64,000 nt of DNA from a candidate division WOR-3 bacterium (GTDB lineage: Bacteria > Hydrothermota > Tepidihabitantia > B3-TA06). The notes below the pieces were generated by a model that searched no databases, had not been told where the DNA came from, and was given only the letters and a program-made list of their open reading frames with translations. Positions 28,339 to 37,900 of the stretch are shown here, in pieces. The position numbers and the translations under genes were made by a program. The stretch is taken from contig CBFGKC010000013.1 of assembly GCA_965649265.1 (NCBI GenBank), positions 1 through 64,000 of the forward strand. The letters run 5' to 3'. The stretch's first letter is position 1. Every line of letters begins with the position of its first letter.

Positions 28339-30423
28339 ATGAGAGGAACCGCAAAGGATCGGATGTCGCTCGAAATGCCGGTTCAATACGTTAAAGGTAT
28401 CGGTCCCGCACGTGCCCTGAGGCTTGAGCGCCTCGGAATCAAGACGGTTGAGGATCTGCTTTTCCATCTGCCCGCAAGGTACATTGACCGCTCGAACCCT
28501 ATCGCCCTCTCAAAGGTCGAACTTGGCAGGGAAGCGACGGTCGTTGTGAAGGTTCTCGGTTCGAAGTTCCGCTACTCGCGGCGGGGACCGATACTGGAGC
28601 TGCTCGCCTCGGAGGACGGAGACTTTTCCTCTCAGATATTCGTCTTGTGGTTCAACAGACCCGATCTGCGAGGCAAGTTCAAGGACGGCGAACGGCTCAT
28701 ACTTTCAGGGCAGGTGAGTTTTTACGGCCAGCGCCAGATGATAAACCCTTTTTTCGAACGGTTCGATGAAAACCCCGACTTCTTTGAGCGTGCCGTCTTT
28801 CCAATCTATCCTTTGACGGAAGGGCTTGCTGCGTGGGAGATTCGAAAAGCGGTCGCGAAAGTTCTCGACGAGATAGAGGACATTCCCGAAACCCTCACGG
28901 ATGAGACGCTCGAGCGCATGCGCCTGCCCGGGATACGTCGGACCCTTGAGATGGTGCATAGACCGAGAAACGCCTCTGAACCTGCGGTTGCCGTGAACCG
29001 GTTACGTTACGAGGAACTGTTTTACCTTCAAACTGTCGTAACACTGCGCAGGAAGGCACTCGACGAGAATCTCTCGGCAAAGCCTCTTTCAGGGGACGGC
29101 AGGCTGACTGCGGCATTGACCGCGGGGCTGCCCTTCACCCTCACGGACGACCAGCGAAAAGCGATGGAGGAGATAGCGTCCGACGTTCGGAGAACGAGGC
29201 CGATGCACAGGTTGCTCGAGGGGGACGTGGGATCGGGAAAGACCGTGGTCGCGCTTTACGCCATGCTTCGCGCCGTCGAGTGCGGGATGCAGGGCGTGCT
29301 CATGGCTCCCACAGAACTGCTTGCGGAGCAGCATTACAACGGCTGGAGAGAGCGACTCGAGAGCATCGGCGCCAGGTCGCTTCTGCTCACGGGAAGCATC
29401 GCCGCGGCCCGGAAGGAGGAGTGCTCGAGGATGATAGCGTCCGGAGAGGCCAATGTCGTTTTCGGCACGCATGCGTTGATAGAGGAGCACGTTAAATTCG
29501 CGAATCTCGGACTGGTCGTTGTCGATGAGCAGCATCGCTTCGGGGTCATGCAGCGTGCGGCGCTGAGGGACAAGGGAGAGGAAACGCCGCACCTTTTAGT
29601 CATGTCCGCGACACCCATTCCGAGAACGCTCACCATGACTTATTACGGCGACTTGAACCTTTCGATACTCAAGGACAAGCCCAAGGGAAGGGCGGAACGC
29701 AGGACTGACATCGCGTACGAGAGCCGAAGAGCCGGGGTTTACCGCTGGCTCAAGGAGAAGCTCGAGGAGGGCGACCGCGCTTACGTTGTCGCGCCTCTCA
29801 TTGACGAATCGGAGAAGCTCGACGTATCATCGGCCAAGGAGACGTACGAGGAACTCAAGGAGCTTTTGGGCGAGGAGCGGATAGCCCTGCTTCACGGAAG
29901 GATAAGGCCAAGGGAGAGGACGGAAACAATGGAACGTTTCCGCACAGGCGAGGTAAACGTTCTCGTTTCGACGACGGTGATAGAGGTGGGTGTTGACGTA
30001 CCCGAGGCGACGATAATGATAATTCGCCACCCGGAACGCTTCGGCCTGGCTCAGCTCCACCAGCTGAGAGGAAGGATAGGGAGGGGGGCCAGGCCGTCAA
30101 GGTGCGTGCTGCTTTTGCCTTCAGGGCTGCCTGAGGAATCGAGAAAACGTCTTTCCTTTTTCTCGCAAACCGAAGACGGCTTTGCTCTGGCGGAGGAGGA
30201 TTTGCGGCTCAGGGGACCCGGAGAAATCATGGGAACGCGGCAGCACGGGCTTCCCGATCTCAGGGTGGCGGATCTTGTACGGGACAGGGAATTGCTCGAG
30301 CTGGCAAAGAGGGACGCGGGCGAAATCATAAACAGAGATCCGACGCTAAAGGAAAATCAGCGAATCGCCCGGACTATCCGCAGGCGATACTCGCAGGCCA
30401 TTGAGCTTTTAGGAGTAGCATGA
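28339..30423 (+). CDS. recG: ATP-dependent DNA helicase RecG
   Basis: VKGIGP, GDVGSGKT, MAPTELLAEQH, DEQHRFG, MSATPIPRTL, ERFGLAQLHQLRGRIGRG, DGF.LAEEDL.LRGPG. Confidence 0.97.
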   Translation: MRGTAKDRMSLEMPVQYVKGIGPARALRLERLGIKTVEDLLFHLPARYIDRSNPIALSKVELGREATVVVKVLGSKFRYSRRGPILELLASEDGDFSSQIFVLWFNRPDLRGKFKDGERLILSGQVSFYGQRQMINPFFERFDENPDFFERAVFPIYPLTEGLAAWEIRKAVAKVLDEIEDIPETLTDETLERMRLPGIRRTLEMVHRPRNASEPAVAVNRLRYEELFYLQTVVTLRRKALDENLSAKPLSGDGRLTAALTAGLPFTLTDDQRKAMEEIASDVRRTRPMHRLLEGDVGSGKTVVALYAMLRAVECGMQGVLMAPTELLAEQHYNGWRERLESIGARSLLLTGSIAAARKEECSRMIASGEANVVFGTHALIEEHVKFANLGLVVVDEQHRFGVMQRAALRDKGEETPHLLVMSATPIPRTLTMTYYGDLNLSILKDKPKGRAERRTDIAYESRRAGVYRWLKEKLEEGDRAYVVAPLIDESEKLDVSSAKETYEELKELLGEERIALLHGRIRPRERTETMERFRTGEVNVLVSTTVIEVGVDVPEATIMIIRHPERFGLAQLHQLRGRIGRGARPSRCVLLLPSGLPEESRKRLSFFSQTEDGFALAEEDLRLRGPGEIMGTRQHGLPDLRVADLVRDRELLELAKRDAGEIINRDPTLKENQRIARTIRRRYSQAIELLGVA

Positions 30424-31388
30424 ACAAATATTTTTTCTTCATTCCCGCCGCACTAATCCTCGCGGCAGGCTGCAAGGAGTTCAAACATGCCTCGGTTGGA
30501 GGCGCGCGCGACGTTTTGATATTCACCAACCACAAGGATTTGGTCGAAAACGAGATAGCCCTTGCTCTGGAGAAACCCGTGTACACCCCGGAGCCGGGCC
30601 CCGAGTTCGCAGTCGATTACATGGAAAGGAGCCAGCTGGAAGGCCATCTATATTACCACAGCTTGTTTTTTGTGGGGCTCGAATCGGATCCAATAATAAA
30701 AGAGAATTTCCCGAATTTTTCCGCCAACGATTCTTTTGCCCTTTACCGGATCGAAGACCCCTGGGCAAAGGGACAAACGGTGCTGTTGTTTCTTGCCAGG
30801 GACACGACCACGCTTCTGTTCGGTCTTGGGAGCATGAAGGAGAAGATATACGAGACCTTCAAGTACAAACTTCTCGAGAGGCTCTCCGCCATGACTTACG
30901 AGAAGGGCGACGACTCAAAGCTCTCGCAGCAAGCCGAAAAGTACGGTTTCAAAATAAAAGTCCCGCGTGAATGGTATTTCCACGATAATTACGCGAAAGA
31001 CGGTTTTATCTGGATTAATACCCATGATCCGGACCGGGTCATATTCGTCTACCGGGAGCCGCGTGAACGCGAGGATCTTTCCGTGCATTCGATGCTAGCC
31101 CTTCGCGACAGTCTTACGAAGCGCTTCTATGAGGGCGATTACATGGATACGACTTTCCTGACTGCGGGACCTTCTTACTTCAGGGGTCTGAAGGCTACAA
31201 AAATCGAGGGTCTTTGGCAAAACGATTCGTTGATTATCGGCGGCCCAATGGTCGGTTTCGCCTACAACGAAGGCGGCAAATTCTGGATGGTTGACGCCAT
31301 GCTGTTTTATCCCACGTCCGCGGCAAAAAAACTTTTCTGGTTGAATCAACTTGAAGTAATACTGGCTACATTTGAGCCGTTGAAGTGA
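30420..31388 (+). CDS. Lipoprotein, DUF4837-like
   Basis: Lipobox LAAGC; D.WA..Q, RDSL...Y, GLW......GGP, K...LNQLE.IL.TF. Confidence 0.65.
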   Translation: MNKYFFFIPAALILAAGCKEFKHASVGGARDVLIFTNHKDLVENEIALALEKPVYTPEPGPEFAVDYMERSQLEGHLYYHSLFFVGLESDPIIKENFPNFSANDSFALYRIEDPWAKGQTVLLFLARDTTTLLFGLGSMKEKIYETFKYKLLERLSAMTYEKGDDSKLSQQAEKYGFKIKVPREWYFHDNYAKDGFIWINTHDPDRVIFVYREPREREDLSVHSMLALRDSLTKRFYEGDYMDTTFLTAGPSYFRGLKATKIEGLWQNDSLIIGGPMVGFAYNEGGKFWMVDAMLFYPTSAAKKLFWLNQLEVILATFEPLK

Positions 31389-32494
31389 GCTTGAAGGTTT
31401 ACCTTTCGACCTCCGAGCGTTCGGGCTTTGTCTATGCCCGGCTTCTCAGCAGGGAGCTTAAAAGGATGGACCCTGACGTCGAGATATACGGCTTGACTGA
31501 AAGTGCAGCCGTAAAAGCCGGCTCGCAGGAGCTTGCACCCGTCGGTTTCGTTCAAGGCGCCAGGGCTTCCGGAAACGTTCTCGACAGGGTGAAAGATATC
31601 GAGCGCGAAGTTCGCCTCATAAATCCCGACTTGTTCCTCGCAGTCGCGTGGTCGGAACCGAACATCGTTTTAGGCATGCGATTGAGGGACATGAAAGGGA
31701 TGCGCCGCGTGTTCTTTGCGCCCCCGCAGCTTTGGGCATGGGGGAGATGGAGAACCTCTCTTCTCAAAAAGGGATACCACTTGCTGCTCGCCTTGTATCC
31801 CAGAGAAGCCTTGTTCCTGAAATCGCTCGGTCTCAACGCGGTGTATGCCGGAAATCCTCTTAAAGGATTCATAGAGCCTTATTTCCTGCAACGCCGCGAG
31901 AAAGGATATAATTCCCAAAAAATCGCCCTTCTTCCTGGCACGAGAGATAACGAGAAGAGCACGAATTTACGGCTTCTCAGGGAATTCGTAAAAGAGTGGA
32001 GAAAGATAAACCCGGGCTACACTTTTTCGTGGCTTTTCCTGACTGCCGGGGAGGCCGAAGCCGAAAGAGCGTTCATGGGGGAGGGGGAGGTGGCCGTCGC
32101 AGGTGACGCGAGATTCCGGGAACTGGCCTCTGCAAGGCTTGCCCTTGTTACTTCAGGTACGGCGTCGCTGGAGACGGCGCTGGCAGGCGTGCCCCAAATC
32201 GTATTCTACTGCATGCCCGGACTTGAACTTGCACTTGCACGTGTGCTTACGAGAGTCAGGTGTTTTGCCCTGCCGAATCTGGTAATGGGAAGAAATGTAG
32301 TCATTGAGAGAATCAATCCCAAAAAGCCCGATCTGGTGGCACTTTCGCAACAAATGTTGTCTGAAGAGCGGTCAGGTTGCGGTCTTGGAGAACTTATTCA
32401 TTCGGAACTTACCCCCTTGACAAACGGGAGTCTTTCCTTAGAGTTATTATTAATTGATAATAGGATCGGAAGAATCCGAACCAAGGAGGCATAA
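31385..32494 (+). CDS. lpxB: Lipid-A-disaccharide synthase-like GT-B glycosyltransferase (divergent)
   Basis: PPQLWAW, GNPL, LLPG.R..E, SGTASLE.AL.G.PQIV.Y, ALPNL. Confidence 0.75.
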   Translation: MSLKVYLSTSERSGFVYARLLSRELKRMDPDVEIYGLTESAAVKAGSQELAPVGFVQGARASGNVLDRVKDIEREVRLINPDLFLAVAWSEPNIVLGMRLRDMKGMRRVFFAPPQLWAWGRWRTSLLKKGYHLLLALYPREALFLKSLGLNAVYAGNPLKGFIEPYFLQRREKGYNSQKIALLPGTRDNEKSTNLRLLREFVKEWRKINPGYTFSWLFLTAGEAEAERAFMGEGEVAVAGDARFRELASARLALVTSGTASLETALAGVPQIVFYCMPGLELALARVLTRVRCFALPNLVMGRNVVIERINPKKPDLVALSQQMLSEERSGCGLGELIHSELTPLTNGSLSLELLLIDNRIGRIRTKEA

Positions 32495-34617
32495 TGAAAA
32501 GCAAAGGTGTTTTAATTCTGAGCGGGCTTCTGATCTTTATAACAACACTCTCCGCGAGAAAAAGCTGGATTGAGACTACCCAGGAGGATTTCCGAGACGG
32601 AGATTTCAGCTCTGCGCTCTACGCTGCCGATACAGGTGTGGCAGTCGACGGGGCGGTGGAGATGATTCAAGTCCGCGACATCGATAAAAACGGCAACTAC
32701 GATTTAATCATATCCAACAGCCGCAGCGGAACACTTTCAGCGCCTGATTCCGCGTATTACTCCTACTGCTATGAGAATACGACCCTCACGGATTCTATCT
32801 TCGGATGGAACAGCTCTGCCAATCTCGTTGCCGACTACGACAATGACGGATATCCCGATGTCATTCTTTCCTCTTATAGCAACGAGGCAGCCCAGACAAA
32901 CTTGTGGACCCATATTTATTACGGTCCGGATTTTAACCGAAAGGACAGTATTCAAACCGGTTATCATGCCATGGGAATCAGCACGGCAGATCTTGACAAC
33001 AACGGATACCTCGATTTGATTATCTCTAACCTTGAAGGTCGAGCCGTTATTAAATACGGTGGACCCGGAGGCGTTCTGGACACACTCACGTGTGCACGGT
33101 GCTACTCAAACGCCGTTGCCGACCTTGACGAGGACGGCGACCTTGACATCGTACTCGCCGGAGCGACCGGATTGATTTTCAACGGGCCGGGCTATACGTC
33201 ACCTTTGACCGTTCCGGGCATAGATTCTCTTACGGACGTTTCCATTGCCGACATCGACAGCGACGGGAATCTGGATCTTGTATTCTCGGCATTCGGAGAT
33301 ACTTCTTATGTTGTATACGGTCCCGGCTATACCAGCCGCGAGAAAATGCCGACGTTTAACGCCATGGGTGTCACCGTTGCCGATCTTGACGGCGATGACA
33401 ATCTTGATATCGTATTCTCTAACTTTTCCGACAATCTCGGGCAGGATTCCAGATCGTACGTATATTATGGTCCCATAGCGGAAACCAACATTCCCGATCA
33501 GGTTTCCACCTTCAGGTCCATTGGCAACATGGTTGCCGATTTTGACGTTGACGGCGACCTTGAGGTTTGCTTCACGAACTCCATGACGCCTGATTCAGCG
33601 TCGTACGACGCTTATTCCTATATCTTTGAGGCTTCGGATTTCTCGGTATTCGACAGTGTTCCGAGCTTCGGTGCCCATATGAGTACCAACATGGATCTGG
33701 GGAACGTTTACGACAGGTCTAACACCGAATATTACGTTTCTTCAGTGTTCGACGCAGGAAGAACGGCCGACTGGGATTCGGTGTTCTATACGGCGGTTGC
33801 ACCTGTGGGTTCGCAATTCGAGTTTTTTGTCCAGACGGGTGACACTATAGTTCCCGACAGCACCTGGAGCGGCTGGGTCAGGAGAGTCTCGGGTGATACC
33901 CTGGCAGACAGCCTGGCCTCACGTTACATCCGTTACAGGGTATTGATGGGGACCAATTACCTGCAAGGACCCAGGCTCGATGAAGTCAGGATATGCTATC
34001 CCGGAATTCCGGATGTTTCGCCTGACAGTCTTGTTTCCCCGAATCCGGCAGCGGTAACCGATTGCGGTACCCAGTTGATTGTTGTAAGGGTCGCGAACTT
34101 CAGTGAAGACTCACTCGTTTTCCCCGTTCACTGTATAATCGACAGTCTTGGAACCAACCTTTTTGACAGCACCATCAACCTTACGCTTCAGCCGAACGAC
34201 AGCCAGCTGGTTTCCTTCGGCAGCGTATATGTCTGTCCCTCAGAAAGCTTGTGGATAATAACCGAGCTTGCAGAAGATATCGTCAAGAGCAACGACACTC
34301 TCTTCTGCGTTCTGGGTGGCACGGCTGTAACGGAGATGCCCGTCGCTGCGGTCACTAACCTATCATTATCGCAGGGCGGCGGCTCTATTTCCGTTTCTTA
34401 CTCCCTTGCAAACGACGATAAGGTTTCCTTATCGATTTATGATGCGTCGGGCAGACTGGTCAAACTGCTTGATGCCGGAGAAAAGAGAAAAGGCCTGCAC
34501 ACCGTCAACTGGAACTCATTGAGCGGCACGGGCTCGCGAGCGAGTTCCGGCGTATACTTCGTCAGACTGGAGACGACCTCTTCGGTCATCTCACGCAAAG
34601 TGGTTCTTGTTGACTAG
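32494..34617 (+). CDS. Secreted FG-GAP/VCBS repeat protein with CARDB-like and T9SS/FlgD-like C-terminal domains
   Basis: Signal peptide; about 7 AD.D.DG.LD repeats; tail SIYDASGRLVK.L...G...V.W.....SGVYFVRL....KVVLV. Confidence 0.85.
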   Translation: MKSKGVLILSGLLIFITTLSARKSWIETTQEDFRDGDFSSALYAADTGVAVDGAVEMIQVRDIDKNGNYDLIISNSRSGTLSAPDSAYYSYCYENTTLTDSIFGWNSSANLVADYDNDGYPDVILSSYSNEAAQTNLWTHIYYGPDFNRKDSIQTGYHAMGISTADLDNNGYLDLIISNLEGRAVIKYGGPGGVLDTLTCARCYSNAVADLDEDGDLDIVLAGATGLIFNGPGYTSPLTVPGIDSLTDVSIADIDSDGNLDLVFSAFGDTSYVVYGPGYTSREKMPTFNAMGVTVADLDGDDNLDIVFSNFSDNLGQDSRSYVYYGPIAETNIPDQVSTFRSIGNMVADFDVDGDLEVCFTNSMTPDSASYDAYSYIFEASDFSVFDSVPSFGAHMSTNMDLGNVYDRSNTEYYVSSVFDAGRTADWDSVFYTAVAPVGSQFEFFVQTGDTIVPDSTWSGWVRRVSGDTLADSLASRYIRYRVLMGTNYLQGPRLDEVRICYPGIPDVSPDSLVSPNPAAVTDCGTQLIVVRVANFSEDSLVFPVHCIIDSLGTNLFDSTINLTLQPNDSQLVSFGSVYVCPSESLWIITELAEDIVKSNDTLFCVLGGTAVTEMPVAAVTNLSLSQGGGSISVSYSLANDDKVSLSIYDASGRLVKLLDAGEKRKGLHTVNWNSLSGTGSRASSGVYFVRLETTSSVISRKVVLVD

Positions 34618-34633
34618 AATATTTCTTGATTTA

Positions 34634-34662
34634 AGATCGGGGGGAGGGACTCCCCCCGATCT
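34634..34662 (+). terminator. Intrinsic terminator
   Basis: AGATCGGGGGGAG-GGA-CTCCCCCCGATCT followed by GTTTT. Confidence 0.75.
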
Positions 34663-34676
34663 GTTTTAGGAGCGGC

Positions 34677-35063
34677 GTGCACAGGTTTTCGTTAAAAGAT
34701 CATTGGCACAACCTGTATCTCGCGGTCAATGTCTTAATCTGGGCAACCTTGATAATCATTCTGGCTCTTCGGGCAAGGCCGGTCTTCCTCTCAACAGGAA
34801 TAATCATCGGAATATGCTCGATGCTGTCCGTCGTATCATGTGCCGTTCTCATAAGACCCGGAAAACGTCTTGCGGGAGGTATTGCTCAAATAATCGCATG
34901 GGCCGGTTTGATTCTCGCAACGATCTTTCTTGTTCCGGCAGCCCTCAAGCTCGCGGTCGTTCTTTTCATCCCGTGCGCGGCGGCAAGCCTCGCGAGTTTT
35001 GCCCTGCTGGGCGGTCTTGGAAAACGGTTGGAGCGCCAGTTGAATGATGCAATGAGGAAGTAA
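34677..35063 (+). CDS. Hypothetical 4-TM membrane protein
   Basis: GTG after AGGAG; four hydrophobic segments. Confidence 0.65.
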   Translation: MHRFSLKDHWHNLYLAVNVLIWATLIIILALRARPVFLSTGIIIGICSMLSVVSCAVLIRPGKRLAGGIAQIIAWAGLILATIFLVPAALKLAVVLFIPCAAASLASFALLGGLGKRLERQLNDAMRK

Positions 35064-35138
35064 CACTCTTCTTTAGAGATAGGCAACCCTCACAGAACCC
35101 TTGACTCCCTGACTACACCCTTTATGTGGTTTCGCCCG

Positions 35139-35405
35139 TTATCTGTTGCGTTGTCCCTTTTTTATGAAGTAGCCGGCCGATATCCCGAAGGACACCGTAA
35201 AGAAGATAATGGCTGCAATCATCCAGCCCACGGGCAGCCTGACTGCGTTGACGCCGAACAGGTAGCACCCGCCCAGAAAAAAAAGTATACCGACCCACAT
35301 GAACAGTCTTGACCAGCTTTTTCTGCGGTAGGCGGTTGCGAGCCATGCGAAGACGCTGAAGAGGAGAACCGCACCCAGGGCTATAGCAAATACGATGAGT
35401 ATCAA
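35139..35405 (-). CDS. Small 3-TM membrane protein
   Basis: Likely TTG 35405 (TTGA overlap with upstream stop); three hydrophobic segments. Confidence 0.6.
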   Translation of the reverse strand: MILIVFAIALGAVLLFSVFAWLATAYRRKSWSRLFMWVGILFFLGGCYLFGVNAVRLPVGWMIAAIIFFTVSFGISAGYFIKKGQRNR

Positions 35406-35746
35406 CTTGAGACCTTTCTTTGAGCAGATTTTGCAGTTTCGGTTATCACGAGCAGCGCCGTGCTCCATCCAAGGCACAGGCTGAGGGCAAGCGCACCTGC
35501 CAGAATCCAGACGAGTGCATCGAAGAAGATGACGAGCACCAGCCCGGCAATCGCCAACAAGACGAGGGCCGGTATGCTCCAGAGCAATCTTCGGGAAGTT
35601 TTTTCCAGGTTCGATGAATCCAGCACTTCGAAAAGATCAACCGGGACACGGCCCGTTCGGAGAAAAATCCACATCATGAACAATGCGGCGGAAGTGACAA
35701 TGAGAAGGCCGGTGAAAACCATGAGTAGAATCAGAGACCAGTGCAT
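35402..35746 (-). CDS. Small 3-TM membrane protein
   Basis: Promoter TTGACA-16-TATTCT (35754-81) ending 7 nt before ATG; hydrophobic segments. Confidence 0.65.
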   Translation of the reverse strand: MHWSLILLMVFTGLLIVTSAALFMMWIFLRTGRVPVDLFEVLDSSNLEKTSRRLLWSIPALVLLAIAGLVLVIFFDALVWILAGALALSLCLGWSTALLVITETAKSAQRKVSS

Positions 35747-35895
35747 TGTTGTGAGAATAATTGATTATGCGAATATGTCAAGAGAAACGGGCGTGCAATC
35801 GGCAATCAACAAATGAAGTATCCCACTTTTGTTGTTACCTTCTTTTTTTGACCGGGCAGACCCGTGCGCCCATTTTCCGCCGCAAGGGGAACCTC

Positions 35896-36477
35896 TCAGG
35901 TGGCCTTGCCTGGTTTCTTTCGTGGTTTCGGTCTCAAGACGCCCTGGAACAACCCCAGGCCCCTCTGGGTCTTCTTTTTTTGCTCTCTTGGTTTTCCGAT
36001 TATTGTTCTCAAAATACCCGGTTCCCTTGGGCTCGAGCGCTCCACCGTGATTGCCGTGATTATATCTCTCAGCGTCGAGAAGAATGATTCCTTCTTCTCG
36101 TCCGGTATGTGGCGCAGTATTCTGCGCATGCCGGCCTGCGTGTTGCGGTTGATGCGTTCGGTTATCTCGCCGCCCCTGGGCGTTAATCTTATGAGAACCT
36201 CCCTGCGGTCTTTATCCGAGTTCTCGCGCATGACGAGCCCGCTGCGGACCAGCCGGTCTATCATCGCGGTTATACTGCCCGGCGTCGTTCCCATCTGCCT
36301 TGCAAGCTCACCTACCACTGCCCTTTCCTTTCTTGCAAGAAGGGAGAGAACGAAAAACTGGTTAAGGGTGATGTCCATGCCGGGAACGCGCGGCTCCAAA
36401 AGACGCAGGCTGCGAACCATGTCAGGCATCATCTCTTCCAGTTGACACATCAGCTCGACATCAAGTTCTCTGCTCAT
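35896..36477 (-). CDS. MarR family transcriptional regulator with basic C-terminal tail
   Basis: IT.NQF.VL, ELA......GSIT..IDRLV..GLV.R....DRR.V...LT..G. Confidence 0.9.
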   Translation of the reverse strand: MSRELDVELMCQLEEMMPDMVRSLRLLEPRVPGMDITLNQFFVLSLLARKERAVVGELARQMGTTPGSITAMIDRLVRSGLVMRENSDKDRREVLIRLTPRGGEITERINRNTQAGMRRILRHIPDEKKESFFSTLRDIITAITVERSSPREPGILRTIIGKPREQKKKTQRGLGLFQGVLRPKPRKKPGKAT

Positions 36478-36699
36478 GACTCGTGAAGAATAATCACTAA
36501 ATTTGACGTGTCAACTATCTCGATTCGGTTCGATAATCCGAGGGGATATGTCGTGAATACCTTGCGGCGATTCCGGCTATCTTTCCACTCCCGCGAATAA
36601 GGCGGGATATTCGTTTTCAGGTGTCCACGTCGTATAACACTTTCAGGTCAATTTTACTATCTCTTCACTTCAGCGAAAATGAGAATTGTTTTAAGGGGT

Positions 36700-36730
36700 C
36701 CCCGGGAAAACGTTTCACGTTTTCCCGGGG
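36700..36730. repeat. 14-bp perfect palindrome (dispersed REP-like family)
   Basis: CCCCGGGAAAACGT-TTC-ACGTTTTCCCGGGG between divergent genes. Confidence 0.8.
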
Positions 36731-36778
36731 TAATTTTTACCTTGACATAGGGAGCGTTTGCAATAGAATTTATATGAT

Positions 36779-37114
36779 ATGGAAGATGAAAAACGCGCCC
36801 AGGCGGCAATAGGATACATACCGCCCTTTTTCTGGATTCCTCTCTGGCTTGCGCAAGACGCGCCGTTGGCGAAGCATCACGGCAGGCAGGCGCTCGTTAT
36901 CTTCATTGCGACCGTAATCACCTGGCTTGTGTTTCTGATTCTGCGATTCCTCCTTGGCTGGATCGCGCCATTCAAATACTTCCTATTGGTCTTCGAGGGC
37001 GCTCTCTACTTCATCTACATCGTCTTTACCGTATGGGGCATAGTGAAGGCTGCACGCGGCGAGTTCTGGCGCATCCCTATACTCGGCGCGTACTCCGACC
37101 GACTCAAAGTATAA
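36779..37114 (+). CDS. DUF4870/Tic20-like small membrane protein
   Basis: A.GY......P......KHH.RQAL; WGIVKA..GE..RIPILG. Confidence 0.8.
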   Translation: MEDEKRAQAAIGYIPPFFWIPLWLAQDAPLAKHHGRQALVIFIATVITWLVFLILRFLLGWIAPFKYFLLVFEGALYFIYIVFTVWGIVKAARGEFWRIPILGAYSDRLKV

Positions 37115-37293
37115 TAAAACCCAAAAAGAATCCTTCAGATTCTTTTTGGGGTCCCCCTCCCGAACAAATCTCGACAATTTTTTTACGAGTCACAAACACG
37201 TTCGTTATTCTTGGGTGACGTACCCTTATCTTGACAAAGGACAAACTGGCGAGTAGTCTTACATGAGACTTAAAGGAAAAGGAGGTTATCCTT

Positions 37294-37893
37294 GTGAGAA
37301 GAATTCCGATTGTGATACTGCCATGCGTGATGTTTTTGATGCTGGCATCCTGCGTTTCGCCGTTCTATGGAACTGCCAGGATCGAGAAAGGATTCCACAT
37401 GGAAGCAGGTGCTTGCGCCATGTCTTACATAGGTGCCTTTAGTGAATGGAATACTCCATCCTTAGGCGGAGCGGCCAGTACCGCTTTCTTTTACGGTTTT
37501 AACCCGTATCTCGGAGTCGGAGGAAGACTGGGCTTAGGCTATGGTCAGACAGGTTTCATTGTCCACGATACCGCCGGCAACCCGCACAATCCGTGGGAGT
37601 TTTTTCCCGATATAGCGCTTAACCTTCAAGCAGCCTTGCCAACCCAGTCAATAACGCCTGCATTAAGAATCGAAGGGGCGCCGCCCCGTATTTTTTCCGC
37701 TTCATTTCTTTTGGGTATAGGTGAAAAGGAAAGAATTACTCTAGGTGTAAGGGCAGGACTAACAGGTCTGGATATCCTGGCAATTGTCCGACCTTTACCA
37801 AAGCTAGGTTTATTCATAGGGGCAGATCCCTTCTTTTTATTGAATACCCCTCGGCCTGTTGTTTCCCTGGGTATCGGTTATAAGCTTTTCTAA
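37294..37893 (+). CDS. Lipoprotein / putative outer-membrane beta-barrel
   Basis: GTG after GGAGG; lipobox LASC; alternating strands, ends SLGIGYKLF. Confidence 0.7.
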   Translation: MRRIPIVILPCVMFLMLASCVSPFYGTARIEKGFHMEAGACAMSYIGAFSEWNTPSLGGAASTAFFYGFNPYLGVGGRLGLGYGQTGFIVHDTAGNPHNPWEFFPDIALNLQAALPTQSITPALRIEGAPPRIFSASFLLGIGEKERITLGVRAGLTGLDILAIVRPLPKLGLFIGADPFFLLNTPRPVVSLGIGYKLF

Positions 37894-37900
37894 GAAAATC

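Noticed and set aside
35896-36030. Lys/Arg-rich MarR tail as a programmed frameshift or fusion
   Set aside because: No slippery site or homologous alternative frame identifiable; could be a simple stop loss
36711-36726. parS-like CGTTTCACGT
   Set aside because: Only half of TGTTTCACGTGAAACA matches; better explained as the centre of a larger palindrome
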